A stretch of DNA of 64,000 nt, taken from an uncultured Candidatus Saccharibacteria bacterium. Lineage in GTDB: Bacteria; Patescibacteriota; Minisyncoccia; Phycocordibacterales; UBA9973. This document shows positions 16,316 to 26,299 of this stretch, in pieces (position 1 is the first letter of the stretch; every line of letters begins with the position of its first letter). The notes under the pieces are model-generated. The model was given only the letters and a program-made list of their open reading frames with translations. It did no database searches and was not told the DNA's origin. A program made the translations under genes and the position numbers. The DNA lies in contig CAZLWF010000001.1 of NCBI GenBank assembly GCA_964563615.1, positions 8,206 through 72,205 of the forward strand, written 5' to 3'.

Positions 16316-16693
16316 TTATATAACTTCTGGTGCTAGTGAAATAATTTTTTGATAGCCTCGCTCACCAAGTTCTCGAGGAATCGGTCCGAAAACACGTCCT
16401 GCGATAGGCTCAAAGCGCTGCTTGTTTTTGCCGATAATGACAACTGCATTGTCATCAAATCGAATGTAGGAACCATCTTTTCGACGAAACGCATTTGTTG
16501 TACGAACAACAACAGCATGGTGAACATCCTTTTTCTTAACACCTTTGCGGGGTTGAGCGATTTTGACTGAAATAACAACGACATCGCCAATACCAGCATA
16601 ACGACGTTTGGAACTACCAAGTACTTTGAAAACTTTGCCGAGTGTGCCTCCTGCATTGTCTGTGATTTTTACCATTGAGCCGTCTTGTACCAT
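16316..16693 (-). CDS. rplN: Ribosomal protein uL14
   Basis: ADNAGG-like TDNAGG, AVVVRT and IRFDDNA motifs are present. Confidence 0.93.
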   Translation of the reverse strand: MVQDGSMVKITDNAGGTLGKVFKVLGSSKRRYAGIGDVVVISVKIAQPRKGVKKKDVHHAVVVRTTNAFRRKDGSYIRFDDNAVVIIGKNKQRFEPIAGRVFGPIPRELGERGYQKIISLAPEVI

Positions 16694-16698
16694 AAAAT

Positions 16699-16944
16699 TT
16701 ATTTAACAACGATAAAATGCTTATCTTTTGATAGTGGCCGACATTCTTCTATCATGACTTTCGTGCCAACTGGAATTTTGTCACCATCGACATGTGCCTT
16801 ATATTTCTTAGACATTTTGACGTATTTCTGATACTTCGGGTGCTTCTCAAAACGATTGACAAGTACAACCACAGTCTTATCCATGCTGTTTGAAGTCACA
16901 ACGCCTTGTAAAGTCTTTTTAATTTTTGATGCTTTGGTTTCCAT
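16699..16944 (-). CDS. rpsQ: Ribosomal protein uS17
   Basis: LQGVVTSNSMDKTVVVLV and HPKYQKY are S17 signatures. Confidence 0.9.
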   Translation of the reverse strand: METKASKIKKTLQGVVTSNSMDKTVVVLVNRFEKHPKYQKYVKMSKKYKAHVDGDKIPVGTKVMIEECRPLSKDKHFIVVK

Positions 16945-16948
16945 AGAA

Positions 16949-17137
16949 TTATTTTGTGCGCATTCGAAGCTCAGTTAATAGTTGGGCAACTGCTTTCTTG
17001 TGTGCTTTACCTTCGCGGATATTCTTTGTCTTAGCACCAGAAAGGGTGAAACGAAATGACCGCAAACTCTCCCGAGTAGCTTCTAGCTTGGTTGCCAATG
17101 CGTCAGTTGTCATTTGATGTATATCTTTCATGTTCAA
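16949..17137 (-). CDS. rpmC: Ribosomal protein uL29
   Basis: It is 62 aa, contains the LRSFRF pattern, and lies between rplP and rpsQ. Confidence 0.85.
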   Translation of the reverse strand: MNMKDIHQMTTDALATKLEATRESLRSFRFTLSGAKTKNIREGKAHKKAVAQLLTELRMRTK

Positions 17138-17174
17138 TCACTATACTTATTTTTTGATGTTTGTCGAGCTTGGA

Positions 17175-17591
17175 CTAGCGAGCAATAACTTTCGTCTTTA
17201 CTGGTAGCTTGGTTCCAGCTTTGCGGAGGGCCTCTTTAGCAACAACCGCATCAACACCATCAATTTCGAAAATAATTCTTCCAGGGCGAACTTCGAAACA
17301 ATATCCCTGTAAATCCCCCTTACCTTTACCCATGCCCACTTCAGCAGGCTTGGCAGTAATTGGTCGGTCAGGAAAGATTCGGATCCACACTCGCCCACCC
17401 TTACCGAGCGCTCTTGTCATAGCTTTTCTAGCAGATTCAAGCTGGTTTGATTTGATCTGAGCTGCTGCAAGTGCCTTGAGTCCAAAAGAACCGAACGAGA
17501 GCGTAATACCTCGCGTATCAGGCGTCAGAGAATCCATATCCTTTCTCGCGCGCTGCCACTTTCTGTATTTAACTTTCTTTGGTAGTAACAT
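17175..17591 (-). CDS. rplP: Ribosomal protein uL16
   Basis: The sequence contains MLLPKKVKYRKWQR and GKGKGDLQGY. Confidence 0.93.
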   Translation of the reverse strand: MLLPKKVKYRKWQRARKDMDSLTPDTRGITLSFGSFGLKALAAAQIKSNQLESARKAMTRALGKGGRVWIRIFPDRPITAKPAEVGMGKGKGDLQGYCFEVRPGRIIFEIDGVDAVVAKEALRKAGTKLPVKTKVIAR

Positions 17592-17604
17592 AGGAGTTTA
17601 ATTA

Positions 17605-18300
17605 TTATGAAAAGTTTTTAGTTGTTCCGCCTGGTGCAGCACGTTTATCAGCAAAGATTTCTCCCCGGTAAATCCAAACTTTAATACCAACATCACCATA
17701 TGGTAAATGTGCTTTCTCGCGAGCAAAATCGATATCAGCTCTAAATGTCTGCAGTGGAATCGAACCGCGTTTGATTTCTTCGCTTCGAGCAATTTCAGCG
17801 CCTCCGAGTCGTCCACCCAAAACGATACGAGCTCCGAGAACACCACGAACTGCCATGACTTTCTCGATTGTCTGTTTGAGCACTCGACGATAGGTCAATC
17901 GTTTCTCCAGACCTTCTGCAATCATGTAGGCAACGATACCTGCATCAGCTTCTGGATTTTGAATTTCAACAATATCAAGACGAAGCTCGGATGGAACAGC
18001 AATACCATTTTTCTTGAGCTCTTTCAAAATATCAGCCTTTAGTTTGATTGAACCTTCACCAGAGCGACCTATGATCATGCCTGGTCGAGATGTTCGGATA
18101 ATCATACGGAACATTTTTTGATTGCGTTCAACTTCGATTGAAGAAACGTATGAACCACGAAGACGCTTCTCGAGGAATTCTCTTATCAAAACATCAGCAC
18201 GTAGAAAGTCTTTATACTTTTGGTCCGTAGCAAACCAGCGAGATTTCCAATCTCGGAGGATGACTAACCTATGGGCATATGGATGGACGATTTTTGACAT
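17605..18300 (-). CDS. rpsC: Ribosomal protein uS3
   Basis: The KH domain GMIIGRSGEG and the motif RLGGAEIAR are present. Confidence 0.93.
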   Translation of the reverse strand: MSKIVHPYAHRLVILRDWKSRWFATDQKYKDFLRADVLIREFLEKRLRGSYVSSIEVERNQKMFRMIIRTSRPGMIIGRSGEGSIKLKADILKELKKNGIAVPSELRLDIVEIQNPEADAGIVAYMIAEGLEKRLTYRRVLKQTIEKVMAVRGVLGARIVLGGRLGGAEIARSEEIKRGSIPLQTFRADIDFAREKAHLPYGDVGIKVWIYRGEIFADKRAAPGGTTKNFS

Positions 18301-18305
18301 ACAAA

Positions 18306-18680
18306 TTATTTAGAAACTTTTTTAGTAACAGCTTTTTTGACTGGTTTTACCTTTTCGACTTTTTGAGCTAACGTCATCAAAATATGACTTGAGCGTTTGT
18401 TGATGCGATAGGCACTACCTCGAGCACGAGGCATCATGCGCTTAAGGGTTACTCCTTTGTCAACACGCACTTCTTTGACCATAAGAGTTTCTTTCGGAAC
18501 TCCAGCTGTTACAGCATTTGCTACTGCTGATTTTAACAGTGTCATAAACGGCAATGCTGCGCGCTTCGTGAGAAATGCAAGCTCAAGCTCAGCAGTAGCA
18601 ACAGGCATGCCTTTGATAAGACTTGCCACGAGGCGGACCTTGCGAGGAGATTGGCGTAAATTGGAAATAGAAGCTTTCAT
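18306..18680 (-). CDS. rplV: Ribosomal protein uL22
   Basis: The sequence contains RQSPRKVRLVASLIKG and RMMPRARG. Confidence 0.9.
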   Translation of the reverse strand: MKASISNLRQSPRKVRLVASLIKGMPVATAELELAFLTKRAALPFMTLLKSAVANAVTAGVPKETLMVKEVRVDKGVTLKRMMPRARGSAYRINKRSSHILMTLAQKVEKVKPVKKAVTKKVSK

Positions 18681-18681
18681 A

Positions 18682-19032
18682 TTATTTCTTTGTTGCTTTA
18701 GTATCAGTTGCAGCTTTAGCGGCCTTTGCTTGTGCTATTTCAGACTCTTTTGCTTTAGCTTCAAGCTCTTTCTGCATCTTACCGCCGTGACGAGTAAATT
18801 TACGAGTAAGTGAAAATTCGCCCAATCGGTGCCCTACCATGTCTTCGGTCACCAAGACTTCAACGTGCGTCTTGCCATTGTGAACTCCGAACATGAATCC
18901 TACCATTTCAGGGGCGATTTGAGATGCTCGTGACCATGTACGAATAGCCCCAGTCTTTAGGGGGTCTTTGCCTTCGATTTTCTTGAGCAATTTTGGGTCA
19001 ACGTAAGGACCTTTTTTGATGGATCGTGTCAT
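18682..19032 (-). CDS. rpsS: Ribosomal protein uS19 with Lys/Ala-rich C-terminal tail
   Basis: [12 protein letters not shown] and GHRLGEF match S19. The start is the ATG at 19032. The track's longer start would lie upstream of the predicted promoter. Confidence 0.9.
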   Translation of the reverse strand: MTRSIKKGPYVDPKLLKKIEGKDPLKTGAIRTWSRASQIAPEMVGFMFGVHNGKTHVEVLVTEDMVGHRLGEFSLTRKFTRHGGKMQKELEAKAKESEIAQAKAAKAATDTKATKK

Positions 19033-19069
19033 GTATGAAATAAAATAGCTCCTCTGAGCTAGTTCTCCC

Positions 19070-19097
19070 ATACTAACAAATTGCTGTACAAAGTCAA
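19070..19097 (-). promoter_or_regulatory. Putative promoter TTGACT-16-TAGTAT restarting transcription at rpsS
   Basis: The hexamers are the reverse complement of agtcaa (19092-19097) and atacta (19070-19075). Confidence 0.35.
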
Positions 19098-19132
19098 ATC
19101 CTACAAGAGTAAGATCTACATAGGCAAAATAA

Positions 19133-19158
19133 AAACCCAGGGATAATCTCCTGGGTTT
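19133..19158 (-). terminator. Rho-independent terminator after the 456-aa gene
   Basis: The stem is AAACCCAGG...CCTGGGTTT. On the minus strand it is followed by TTTTTATTTT. Confidence 0.65.
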
Positions 19159-19174
19159 ACTGCAATTGTTTTTA

Positions 19175-20545
19175 TTAAGCAGTTACTGTTTCTTCTTTTT
19201 CCACCGGCTGTGTCAAATCATTTTCTGCACTTACAATTTCACTACCATTAGTATTTGCAAGCGATTCCTGCTGTGAGGAATCAGATAGAGTTATCTGTCC
19301 GGAAGTAGACTCCTCAATTCCATTACCGCCATTTTTTTTCACCTTCCTGCGTACTGATTTATTGTTTTCAGGTTTTGTCATTTTAGTACTGCCGGACGTT
19401 TCGGCTACAGATTTTTCTATGTCGATAAATTCAGAAAAGTCTTTCTTTCTCAAAATACTGAGATTTTTTGCCACGTCATAGGCAGTGGGTTCATCACCTT
19501 TTTTTATTAATTCAATTGAATTTAACAAGCACGGGTAGAATTCCACTTTCAGATCTTCAACACTGTCTACTGAAAGCAGTTTGCGACTTAAAACGCTGAC
19601 CGCAGAATCAACAAGTGTTTTTACTTTCTTTATTGATTCCTCTGTCTCCTGTTCATTTGTCGGATGTTCAGCGCGCAATCTGCCAAGTTCTTCTATGGTA
19701 GCATTAATAGAGTTAGTAATTTCCTTTATTCCTTGGCATGAAATTACTTTCACGCGGTTCCCAAGGGCCAGCCTCACCTGATCCATGCAATTATAGGGAT
19801 ATGTATTCCTTAATTTCCTTTCCATGATTTCAATCTCAGGATAGGTAAAAATTCCCTCCAAAGCATTTTCCAAAAAGCCTAGTGCAGTGTTTTGAACATC
19901 TATAGCTTTAGCATCATACCCGGGAGACATCTGCGGCAAAACAAATCCTTCAAATGTATCCATGATGATTTTAAAGCCATTCTCATTCAACCCAGAGAAA
20001 AATTCCGGCAATAACGCTTCATACATTTTTGAATACATTCCATTAGCTCTCTTCTTATGGTCTTCATCAGAGAATTTTATCTGCGGAATTTTCTTATATG
20101 CTGTATTCACAGAATAAAGATCATTCGCATCTTGCGGTAAAATAGCACTGACGGGCAGCAACTCTTGCTCAGGTGCAACATAAACAAAATTTGCATCTGT
20201 AGTTTCGTCTACTGACTCTTTTACTGACTCTTTTTTATTTTCATCTTCAGGTAGAGTCACAGGAAGTTCTTCTTTTAATGTTTTTTCTTTTGAAGCACTA
20301 ACTGGATGCACTCTGGGATCATTAGTGGCCACAATAACCGCTTTCCCGTTTTCAAATTTTGATCTGTTCGTATTATCCTCGATTGGATCCTTCAGGCCAA
20401 TTGTTTTATCAGGTTTAGTGTTTCTAAATTTGGCAAAAATCTTTTTGCGATTGTAAATTACGATCCCTAAAAGAAGCAATCCTCCGAGTATCCATTTCCC
20501 GAATGGTATCTCCAATAGATTAGTGAAAATGTTCAAGTACAGCAT
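19175..20545 (-). CDS. Hypothetical single-pass membrane protein (456 aa) inserted in the S10 operon
   Basis: An N-terminal TM segment ([14 protein letters not shown]) is followed by an acidic linker and a helical region. I recognise no motif. Confidence 0.6.
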   Translation of the reverse strand: MLYLNIFTNLLEIPFGKWILGGLLLLGIVIYNRKKIFAKFRNTKPDKTIGLKDPIEDNTNRSKFENGKAVIVATNDPRVHPVSASKEKTLKEELPVTLPEDENKKESVKESVDETTDANFVYVAPEQELLPVSAILPQDANDLYSVNTAYKKIPQIKFSDEDHKKRANGMYSKMYEALLPEFFSGLNENGFKIIMDTFEGFVLPQMSPGYDAKAIDVQNTALGFLENALEGIFTYPEIEIMERKLRNTYPYNCMDQVRLALGNRVKVISCQGIKEITNSINATIEELGRLRAEHPTNEQETEESIKKVKTLVDSAVSVLSRKLLSVDSVEDLKVEFYPCLLNSIELIKKGDEPTAYDVAKNLSILRKKDFSEFIDIEKSVAETSGSTKMTKPENNKSVRRKVKKNGGNGIEESTSGQITLSDSSQQESLANTNGSEIVSAENDLTQPVEKEETVTA

Positions 20546-20610
20546 AGCTTATTTGTTTTGTTTTTGGTTTTAAATGTTCAATTTGTCGACACTATACCAT
20601 AACTACAGAA

Positions 20611-20635
20611 AAATGCAAGGATTTCTCTTGCATTT
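20611..20635 (-). terminator. Rho-independent terminator after dgkA
   Basis: AAATGCAAG...CTTGCATTT is followed on the minus strand by a TTTTT run. Confidence 0.6.
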
Positions 20636-20670
20636 GCGTATATCTAAAAAAGCCCAAACTATTAGTCTTT

Positions 20671-21066
20671 TTATTTAAAACACCAGAGTATTTTAGGGAG
20701 AAATATGATAAGGCCGATGAGAAGTGCAGCGAGCGAGGTGATGAGCACAGCGCCAGCAGCTATATCTTTGGTGTCACGGGCTTTGGGGTTAAATTCTGGA
20801 CTCGTCAGGTTCATATCGATCTCTAATGCTGTGTTAAAGGCTTCAGCGACAAAGACGATACTGACAGCTAGGATTATAAACAACCATTCGATAGACGAGA
20901 TAGAGAAAAACACACCAAGTATTACGACAGCAATAAGTGCCACCATATGCAACCAAGCATTGTGTTCATTTTTTATAAAAATCAGTAATCCTCGACACGC
21001 ATGCCGCATACTTCGAATACGCCCAGAGATAGTAAAAGCTTCTTTATCTTTTTCGTATGATTCCAT
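20671..21066 (-). CDS. dgkA: Diacylglycerol/undecaprenol kinase family membrane protein
   Basis: It has the prokaryotic DAGK motifs EAFNTALEIDMNL and KDIAAGAVLI, and three TM helices. Confidence 0.8.
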   Translation of the reverse strand: MESYEKDKEAFTISGRIRSMRHACRGLLIFIKNEHNAWLHMVALIAVVILGVFFSISSIEWLFIILAVSIVFVAEAFNTALEIDMNLTSPEFNPKARDTKDIAAGAVLITSLAALLIGLIIFLPKILWCFK

Positions 21067-21117
21067 ATCATAATCTTACCAAATGCAAAACAACTCCGCG
21101 AGGAGTTGTTTTTAGAT

Positions 21118-21966
21118 TTATTGAGACTTCCTTGATTTGCCTGTTTTGCGTCGTGAGACGATGAAAGTGTTTGAGTATTTCTTTGGGGTGCGTGTCTTGC
21201 GTCCACCGGTAACTTTACCCCACATAGTCTTAGGTCTTCGAGTACCACGGCCTTGTCGTCCTTCACCTCCACCGTATGGATGGTCAACCGGATTCATGAC
21301 AGAGCCTCGAACGGTTGGACGAATGCCCTTCCAACGAGAACGGCCAGCTTTGCCGAAATTCTGCAATTTGTATTCTTCATTTGATACTTCACCAATTGTT
21401 GCCCAGCAATTCTCGGATACCGTGCGCACTTCAGTCGAAGGCATTTTGATATGAGTCTTACCATCAGTGTTTGCAATAACTTGCGCAAAAATACCTGCAG
21501 ATCGAGCGATCTTAGCACCGCCTTTTGGTTTGACTTCAATGTTATAGACAAAGGTTCCAACTGGGATCAGTCGCAGTGGCAAACGATTACCAGGCGTAAG
21601 TGGTGCTTTTTCTGAAACGATGAAACTCGTTCCTGCTGTCATAGCTTTTGATGCCAAGACATATCGCTTTTCACCATCTCGATATACTGCAAGAGCAATA
21701 AAACCACTTCGGTTCGGATCATATTCAATACTCGTGATCTTGGCTGGAATATCAATTTTGTTATATAGAAAATCAACATCACGATAGAGTCGTTTGTGGC
21801 CACCACCTTTGTGTCTCGTAGTAATGCGACCTTGGTTGTTGTGACCAGAATGTCGCTTGAAGCCACTCGTTAAAGCCTTGTGAGGCTTAACGCCTGTTAA
21901 AACACCTCTGAAGGATACATTGGTCATGTGACGTCGTGATGGAGTTGTAGGTTTATAGTGCTTCAT
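21118..21966 (-). CDS. rplB: Ribosomal protein uL2
   Basis: The motifs GRNNQGRITTRHKGGGHKR and VMNPVDHPYGGGEG are present. Confidence 0.95.
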   Translation of the reverse strand: MKHYKPTTPSRRHMTNVSFRGVLTGVKPHKALTSGFKRHSGHNNQGRITTRHKGGGHKRLYRDVDFLYNKIDIPAKITSIEYDPNRSGFIALAVYRDGEKRYVLASKAMTAGTSFIVSEKAPLTPGNRLPLRLIPVGTFVYNIEVKPKGGAKIARSAGIFAQVIANTDGKTHIKMPSTEVRTVSENCWATIGEVSNEEYKLQNFGKAGRSRWKGIRPTVRGSVMNPVDHPYGGGEGRQGRGTRRPKTMWGKVTGGRKTRTPKKYSNTFIVSRRKTGKSRKSQ

Positions 21967-21976
21967 GTCAGTACGA

Positions 21977-22273
21977 TTAAATTAATTCTATTTTGTCACC
22001 TTTTTTAAGTGATACATAGGCTTTCTTGCCACCGCTTTGTACACCAGTCTTGCCGCGTCGTATTACATTTCTTCGTGGAATAGTAACTACTCGGATAGCA
22101 ACTGGAGTGACTTTGTAGAGAGCCTTTATTGCTTTCATAATTTCATTCTTAGTTGTCGTCTTTGCAATATCAAATGTGTATACATTCTTTGTACTTACTT
22201 GAGCTGCCTTCTCAGTTATGCGAGGGCGTCTTAGGACATGTGCGTATAGATTTTTAGTCGTTGTAGTAGCCAT
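21977..22273 (-). CDS. rplW: Ribosomal protein uL23
   Basis: The pattern ITEKA...YTFDIAKTTTKNEIMKAIKALYKV and the gene's position support the call. Confidence 0.9.
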   Translation of the reverse strand: MATTTTKNLYAHVLRRPRITEKAAQVSTKNVYTFDIAKTTTKNEIMKAIKALYKVTPVAIRVVTIPRRNVIRRGKTGVQSGGKKAYVSLKKGDKIELI

Positions 22274-22278
22274 AAAAT

Positions 22279-23004
22279 TTATGCAAATTTCTTCGCGAAT
22301 AATGCAAAGGTTGCTTTCGGATCAACAAAAATAATTGTTTTGTATTCGAGAATATTGACGACATTGAGCTCTTTGGTCGCAACAAGCTCAACAGAAGAAA
22401 GATTTCTAAACGAGCGATCCATTAGAGAAGTTAAGTCAGGTAAGATGATGGCAATTTGGCGTTTTGTATTTTTTGCTGCTCGCTCAAATCCTTTGATAGT
22501 ACCAACTGCATCGATAATCTTCACTGCATCTTTAGTTTTGGTGTTGTCGAGTTTTAGTGCGTCAATGAAAAGAATATCCCCTGCCTTAGCCTTTGCTGAC
22601 AGTGCAGTAAAGAGAGCTTTCACTTTCATCTTTTTATTTATTTTCTGTTTGTAGTTTTTCTCAGCGAGCGGTCCATGAGTCACACCTCCACCTTTCCAAA
22701 TTGGGGAACGACTTGATCCGTGTCGAGCCCGTCCTGTACCTTTTTGGCGCCAAGGCTTCTTGCCACCACCACGAACTTCACCACGACTTTTTGTATCAGC
22801 AGTACCTGCCCGCTTATTAAGAAGCATGGCATTTGCTACATAGTGCACCAAATCAGCTTTCCATGGCAAGCCAAAATATTCAGGCGGGAGCGGGAGCATG
22901 CTGTCAGATTTACCAGCTTGTGTATACAAAGGCACTTCCAAAGACTTGAGTACTGGTTTGTCAGTCTTTGCTTTGGTATTCTTTTGTTTCTTTATTGCTT
23001 CCAT
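22279..23004 (-). CDS. rplD: Ribosomal protein uL4
   Basis: [24 protein letters not shown] is the L4 signature. Confidence 0.9.
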   Translation of the reverse strand: MEAIKKQKNTKAKTDKPVLKSLEVPLYTQAGKSDSMLPLPPEYFGLPWKADLVHYVANAMLLNKRAGTADTKSRGEVRGGGKKPWRQKGTGRARHGSSRSPIWKGGGVTHGPLAEKNYKQKINKKMKVKALFTALSAKAKAGDILFIDALKLDNTKTKDAVKIIDAVGTIKGFERAAKNTKRQIAIILPDLTSLMDRSFRNLSSVELVATKELNVVNILEYKTIIFVDPKATFALFAKKFA

Positions 23005-23005
23005 A

Positions 23006-23617
23006 TTATTTTGCCTTGATTTCTAATAGCGTGCCTCGTCTTCCAGGAAGCGCACCTTTGATAAGCATTGTGCCAGTTTCAGATTCAACAGAAATAACTT
23101 CGAGATTAGTGACCGTGATCATATCAGTTCCCATACGGCCTGGCATGCGCATGCCTTTCGGTACGCGTGAGCGCAAACCTCCACCGATTGATCCACCTTC
23201 ACGTTCAGAATGCTTTTGACCGTGACTTCTACGTCCACCAGCAAAGCCGTGCCTCTTGACGACACCTTGAAATCCCTTACCTTTTGAAATACCTGAAACA
23301 CTAACGACATCTCCTGGAGTAAATAATGAAACATCAGCTGTATCACCACGTTTGACATCAGCTGGTATATCGAGACGAACTTCACGGAGAATGTTGGTCT
23401 TCTGTAATTCTTTGAGGTGGCCAATTTCTGCTTTCGTCATGCGTGATTCTTTCTGTGTGCCTGAACCATACTGAATAGCATCATAGCCATCGAGCTCTTG
23501 AGTTTTAACTTGGGTTACTGTAATAGGGCCTGCGTGAACAACCGTAACCGGAATAGCTCTGCCATCCGGTGCAAAATAGGTTGTCATATATTCCTTTGTA
23601 GCTAGAATAAATTTCAT
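23006..23617 (-). CDS. rplC: Ribosomal protein uL3
   Basis: The motif GISKGKGFQGVVKRHGF is present. Confidence 0.93.
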   Translation of the reverse strand: MKFILATKEYMTTYFAPDGRAIPVTVVHAGPITVTQVKTQELDGYDAIQYGSGTQKESRMTKAEIGHLKELQKTNILREVRLDIPADVKRGDTADVSLFTPGDVVSVSGISKGKGFQGVVKRHGFAGGRRSHGQKHSEREGGSIGGGLRSRVPKGMRMPGRMGTDMITVTNLEVISVESETGTMLIKGALPGRRGTLLEIKAK

Positions 23618-23662
23618 ATAGTAGAGGTCGGGCGAACCGACATGCTCGGTTAGAGATATACC

Positions 23663-24028
23663 TTACATCATCTTGACATCAATATCAACCCCTGACGGCA
23701 AACTCAAGTTTGTCAGTGCTTCGATCGTTTTCTGATTAGGATTAAGTATGTCAATCACTCGCTTGTGAACTCGCATCTCAAATTGTTCGCGAGTATTCTT
23801 GTAGACAAACGATGCGCGGTTGACCGTGTACTTTTTGATCTCAGTAGGAAGCGGGATCGGACCTACAACAACTGCATCGTACCTTCGAGCTGTATCAATA
23901 ATCTGCTTCACGGAAGCATCGAGAATTTTATTCTCATACGCTCTGACGCGAATGCGGAGTTTGACACTTGTCTCTTCTTTCGTGACTTTCTTGCGAGTCG
24001 TCTTTGGTTTTGTTGTTTGTGTTGTCAT
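23663..24028 (-). CDS. rpsJ: Ribosomal protein uS10 with basic N-terminal extension
   Basis: The S10 core is LRIRVRAYENKILD, preceded by about 18 extra residues. Confidence 0.9.
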   Translation of the reverse strand: MTTQTTKPKTTRKKVTKEETSVKLRIRVRAYENKILDASVKQIIDTARRYDAVVVGPIPLPTEIKKYTVNRASFVYKNTREQFEMRVHKRVIDILNPNQKTIEALTNLSLPSGVDIDVKMM

Positions 24029-24056
24029 GAATGAACAATAATCTCGGGTAGTAAGC

Positions 24057-25247
24057 TTACTTGATGATCTTCGTTACAACTCCGGCGCCAACTGTCTTGC
24101 CACCTTCACGGATTGCAAAGCGTGTCTGATCTTCGAGGGCAACTGGGGTAACCAATTTAACCACGAGCTTGATCGTATCACCTGGCATAACCATTTCAGT
24201 ACCTTCTGGAAGCGTAACATCACCAGTCACGTCAGTTGTTCGGATGTAGAATTGTGGTTTGTAACCTGCGAAAAATGGTGTGTGACGACCGCCTTCTTCC
24301 TTCTTCAAGATATAGACTTCACATTCGAAGTTATCATGAGGTGTTACTGATCCTGGCTTTGCGAGAACTTGTCCGCGAGTGATTTCTTCTTTCTTTGTTC
24401 CACGGAGAAGTATACCTGCATTGTCTCCAGCCATACCTTCATTTAACTGTTTGTTGAACATTTCGATACCAGTAACGGTTGTTTTAAGTGTTGGTTTGAT
24501 ACCGACGATTTCGACGTCTTCACCAACCTTAACGATTCCGCGTTCGATTTTACCAGTAACCACAGTACCTCGGCCTTCGATAGAAAAGATATCTTCGATT
24601 GGCATAAGGAAAGGTTTTGTTACATCACGTTCTGGAACTGGAATATATGTATCGAGAGCAGTAACGAGTTCCATAACTTTTTGTGCCCATGGATCATCCA
24701 TAGATGTTGACTCTAGGGCCTTAAGACCTGAGCCACGGATAATTGGACAATCTTTATCAAAGCCTTGTTTTGCAAGAATTTCTCGGATTTCCTCTTCGAC
24801 GAGATCAACCAAGTCATTATCATCAACCATATCTACTTTGTTTAAGAAGACGATGATTTTTGGAACACCAACTTGCTTAGCAAGAAGCACGTGTTCACGA
24901 GTTTGTGGCATCGCGCCGTCAGTAGCAGCAACAACGAGGATAGCACCATCCATCTGAGCTGCACCGGTAATCATGTTTTTGATGTAGTCAGCGTGCCCAG
25001 GAGCGTCAATATGCGCATAGTGACGTGAATCTGTTGCGTATTCATTGTGAGAGATGTTAATCGTGATACCACGCGCCTTTTCTTCAGGTGCGTTATCGAT
25101 ATCGCCAACTCCCTTCATTTTAACCTCTTTACCAGCCATCTGTAACACATGGAGGATAGCTGCTGTTAGAGTTGTTTTACCATGGTCAACGTGACCTATG
25201 GTGCCCACATTGATGTGTGGCTTGTCTCGCTTAAATTGTTCTGCCAT
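24057..25247 (-). CDS. tuf: Elongation factor Tu
   Basis: [18 protein letters not shown] and NKVD G-motifs are present. The protein is 396 aa. Confidence 0.97.
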   Translation of the reverse strand: MAEQFKRDKPHINVGTIGHVDHGKTTLTAAILHVLQMAGKEVKMKGVGDIDNAPEEKARGITINISHNEYATDSRHYAHIDAPGHADYIKNMITGAAQMDGAILVVAATDGAMPQTREHVLLAKQVGVPKIIVFLNKVDMVDDNDLVDLVEEEIREILAKQGFDKDCPIIRGSGLKALESTSMDDPWAQKVMELVTALDTYIPVPERDVTKPFLMPIEDIFSIEGRGTVVTGKIERGIVKVGEDVEIVGIKPTLKTTVTGIEMFNKQLNEGMAGDNAGILLRGTKKEEITRGQVLAKPGSVTPHDNFECEVYILKKEEGGRHTPFFAGYKPQFYIRTTDVTGDVTLPEGTEMVMPGDTIKLVVKLVTPVALEDQTRFAIREGGKTVGAGVVTKIIK

Positions 25248-25401
25248 AGAAATAAAAATTACTAGTAATAAATAAAAAGACTAAATAAAAACGGCGCAAA
25301 ATTGCGATTGCATCTAATCCTAGCAAATCCAAAATATTTGTCAATAAGTCCTTTACCAGGAAGCTTCTTACATCCGTAATTTTTATAAAACAGATTAAAT
25401 C

Positions 25402-25429
25402 TTGCTATAAACGCATATTGTGGTAAAGT
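25402..25429 (+). promoter_or_regulatory. Putative promoter TTGCTA-16-TAAAGT (TG-extended)
   Basis: The hexamers are read directly from the sequence upstream of the phosphoribosyltransferase gene. Confidence 0.3.
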
Positions 25430-25462
25430 TTAAAAAATTTCAAAAAATACAAACCAGACCTT

Positions 25463-26248
25463 ATGTCACTAGAAAAACCGATTATGCAGATCGTTAACGA
25501 TCAGAAAAATGACCCGATTAGCATCATGCACGCAATCAATGGGTTCTATGAATGTCCCAAGAGCCCTGATGGCAAACGATTAGGTCCATTAGTCACGTAT
25601 GCGGGTAAATACCCCCTTCCCGATCAAACAGAAAAAGCATATGTTGGCGACATTTACATAAACTTCGCCAAGGCAGAAGAACATCCAACATTGGTACATT
25701 ACTTTGCCACACAGCTAAAGCGCGAGATTAGCCCGACATTACTCGAAAAAATAACCACATTGGTTGGCCCTCAAATGGGCGGTATTGCACTGGCACAGAT
25801 GCTTGCTCTGGTATGCACAAAAAGGTATGCATGCGCTGAAAAGAAGGTGAGAAAGGCTGGGTCCGAAAAGGAGCGCGAAGAAACAAATCTGGCTTTTGCA
25901 CGGCATTCAATTCGAAAGGGTGATGTAACAGTTATAGTCGAAGATGTATTGAATAATTTTAGCACCACTGAAAAAACCATTGCTGAAATTGAAAAAAATG
26001 GGGGTACAGTTGTCGCCATCGTTGGTGCATTTAATAGATCTCCATCAGTAAAGACAGAATTCAAGCATGGTGAACAAACTATCCCTGTATATTCTTTATG
26101 GCAAAAGCCATTTAAAGAATATACGCAAGAAGATCCTGTAGTTTCTGCAGACGTCAAAGAAGGAAATATTGTAACCCAGACAAAAGATGAATGGCCACGA
26201 CTCATGCAGGCAATGCACAATGCTCACAATGCTAAAGTGCTGGTATAA
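25463..26248 (+). CDS. Type I phosphoribosyltransferase, orotate PRTase-like
   Basis: LVGPQMGGIALA and the PRPP-loop-like VTVIVEDVLNNFSTT parallel PyrE (LFGPAYKGIPIA, VMLVDDVITAGTA). The N-terminal part is atypical. Confidence 0.6.
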   Translation: MSLEKPIMQIVNDQKNDPISIMHAINGFYECPKSPDGKRLGPLVTYAGKYPLPDQTEKAYVGDIYINFAKAEEHPTLVHYFATQLKREISPTLLEKITTLVGPQMGGIALAQMLALVCTKRYACAEKKVRKAGSEKEREETNLAFARHSIRKGDVTVIVEDVLNNFSTTEKTIAEIEKNGGTVVAIVGAFNRSPSVKTEFKHGEQTIPVYSLWQKPFKEYTQEDPVVSADVKEGNIVTQTKDEWPRLMQAMHNAHNAKVLV

Positions 26249-26251
26249 AAT

Positions 26252-26283
26252 AATCCCCCAAAGTAATTCACTTGGGGGATTTT
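26252..26283. terminator. Bidirectional terminator between convergent PRTase and pyrF
   Basis: The sequence is AATCCCCCAaAGTaattcACTTGGGGGATTtt. Confidence 0.65.
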
Positions 26284-26299
26284 AATTTCTTGATGTCTA

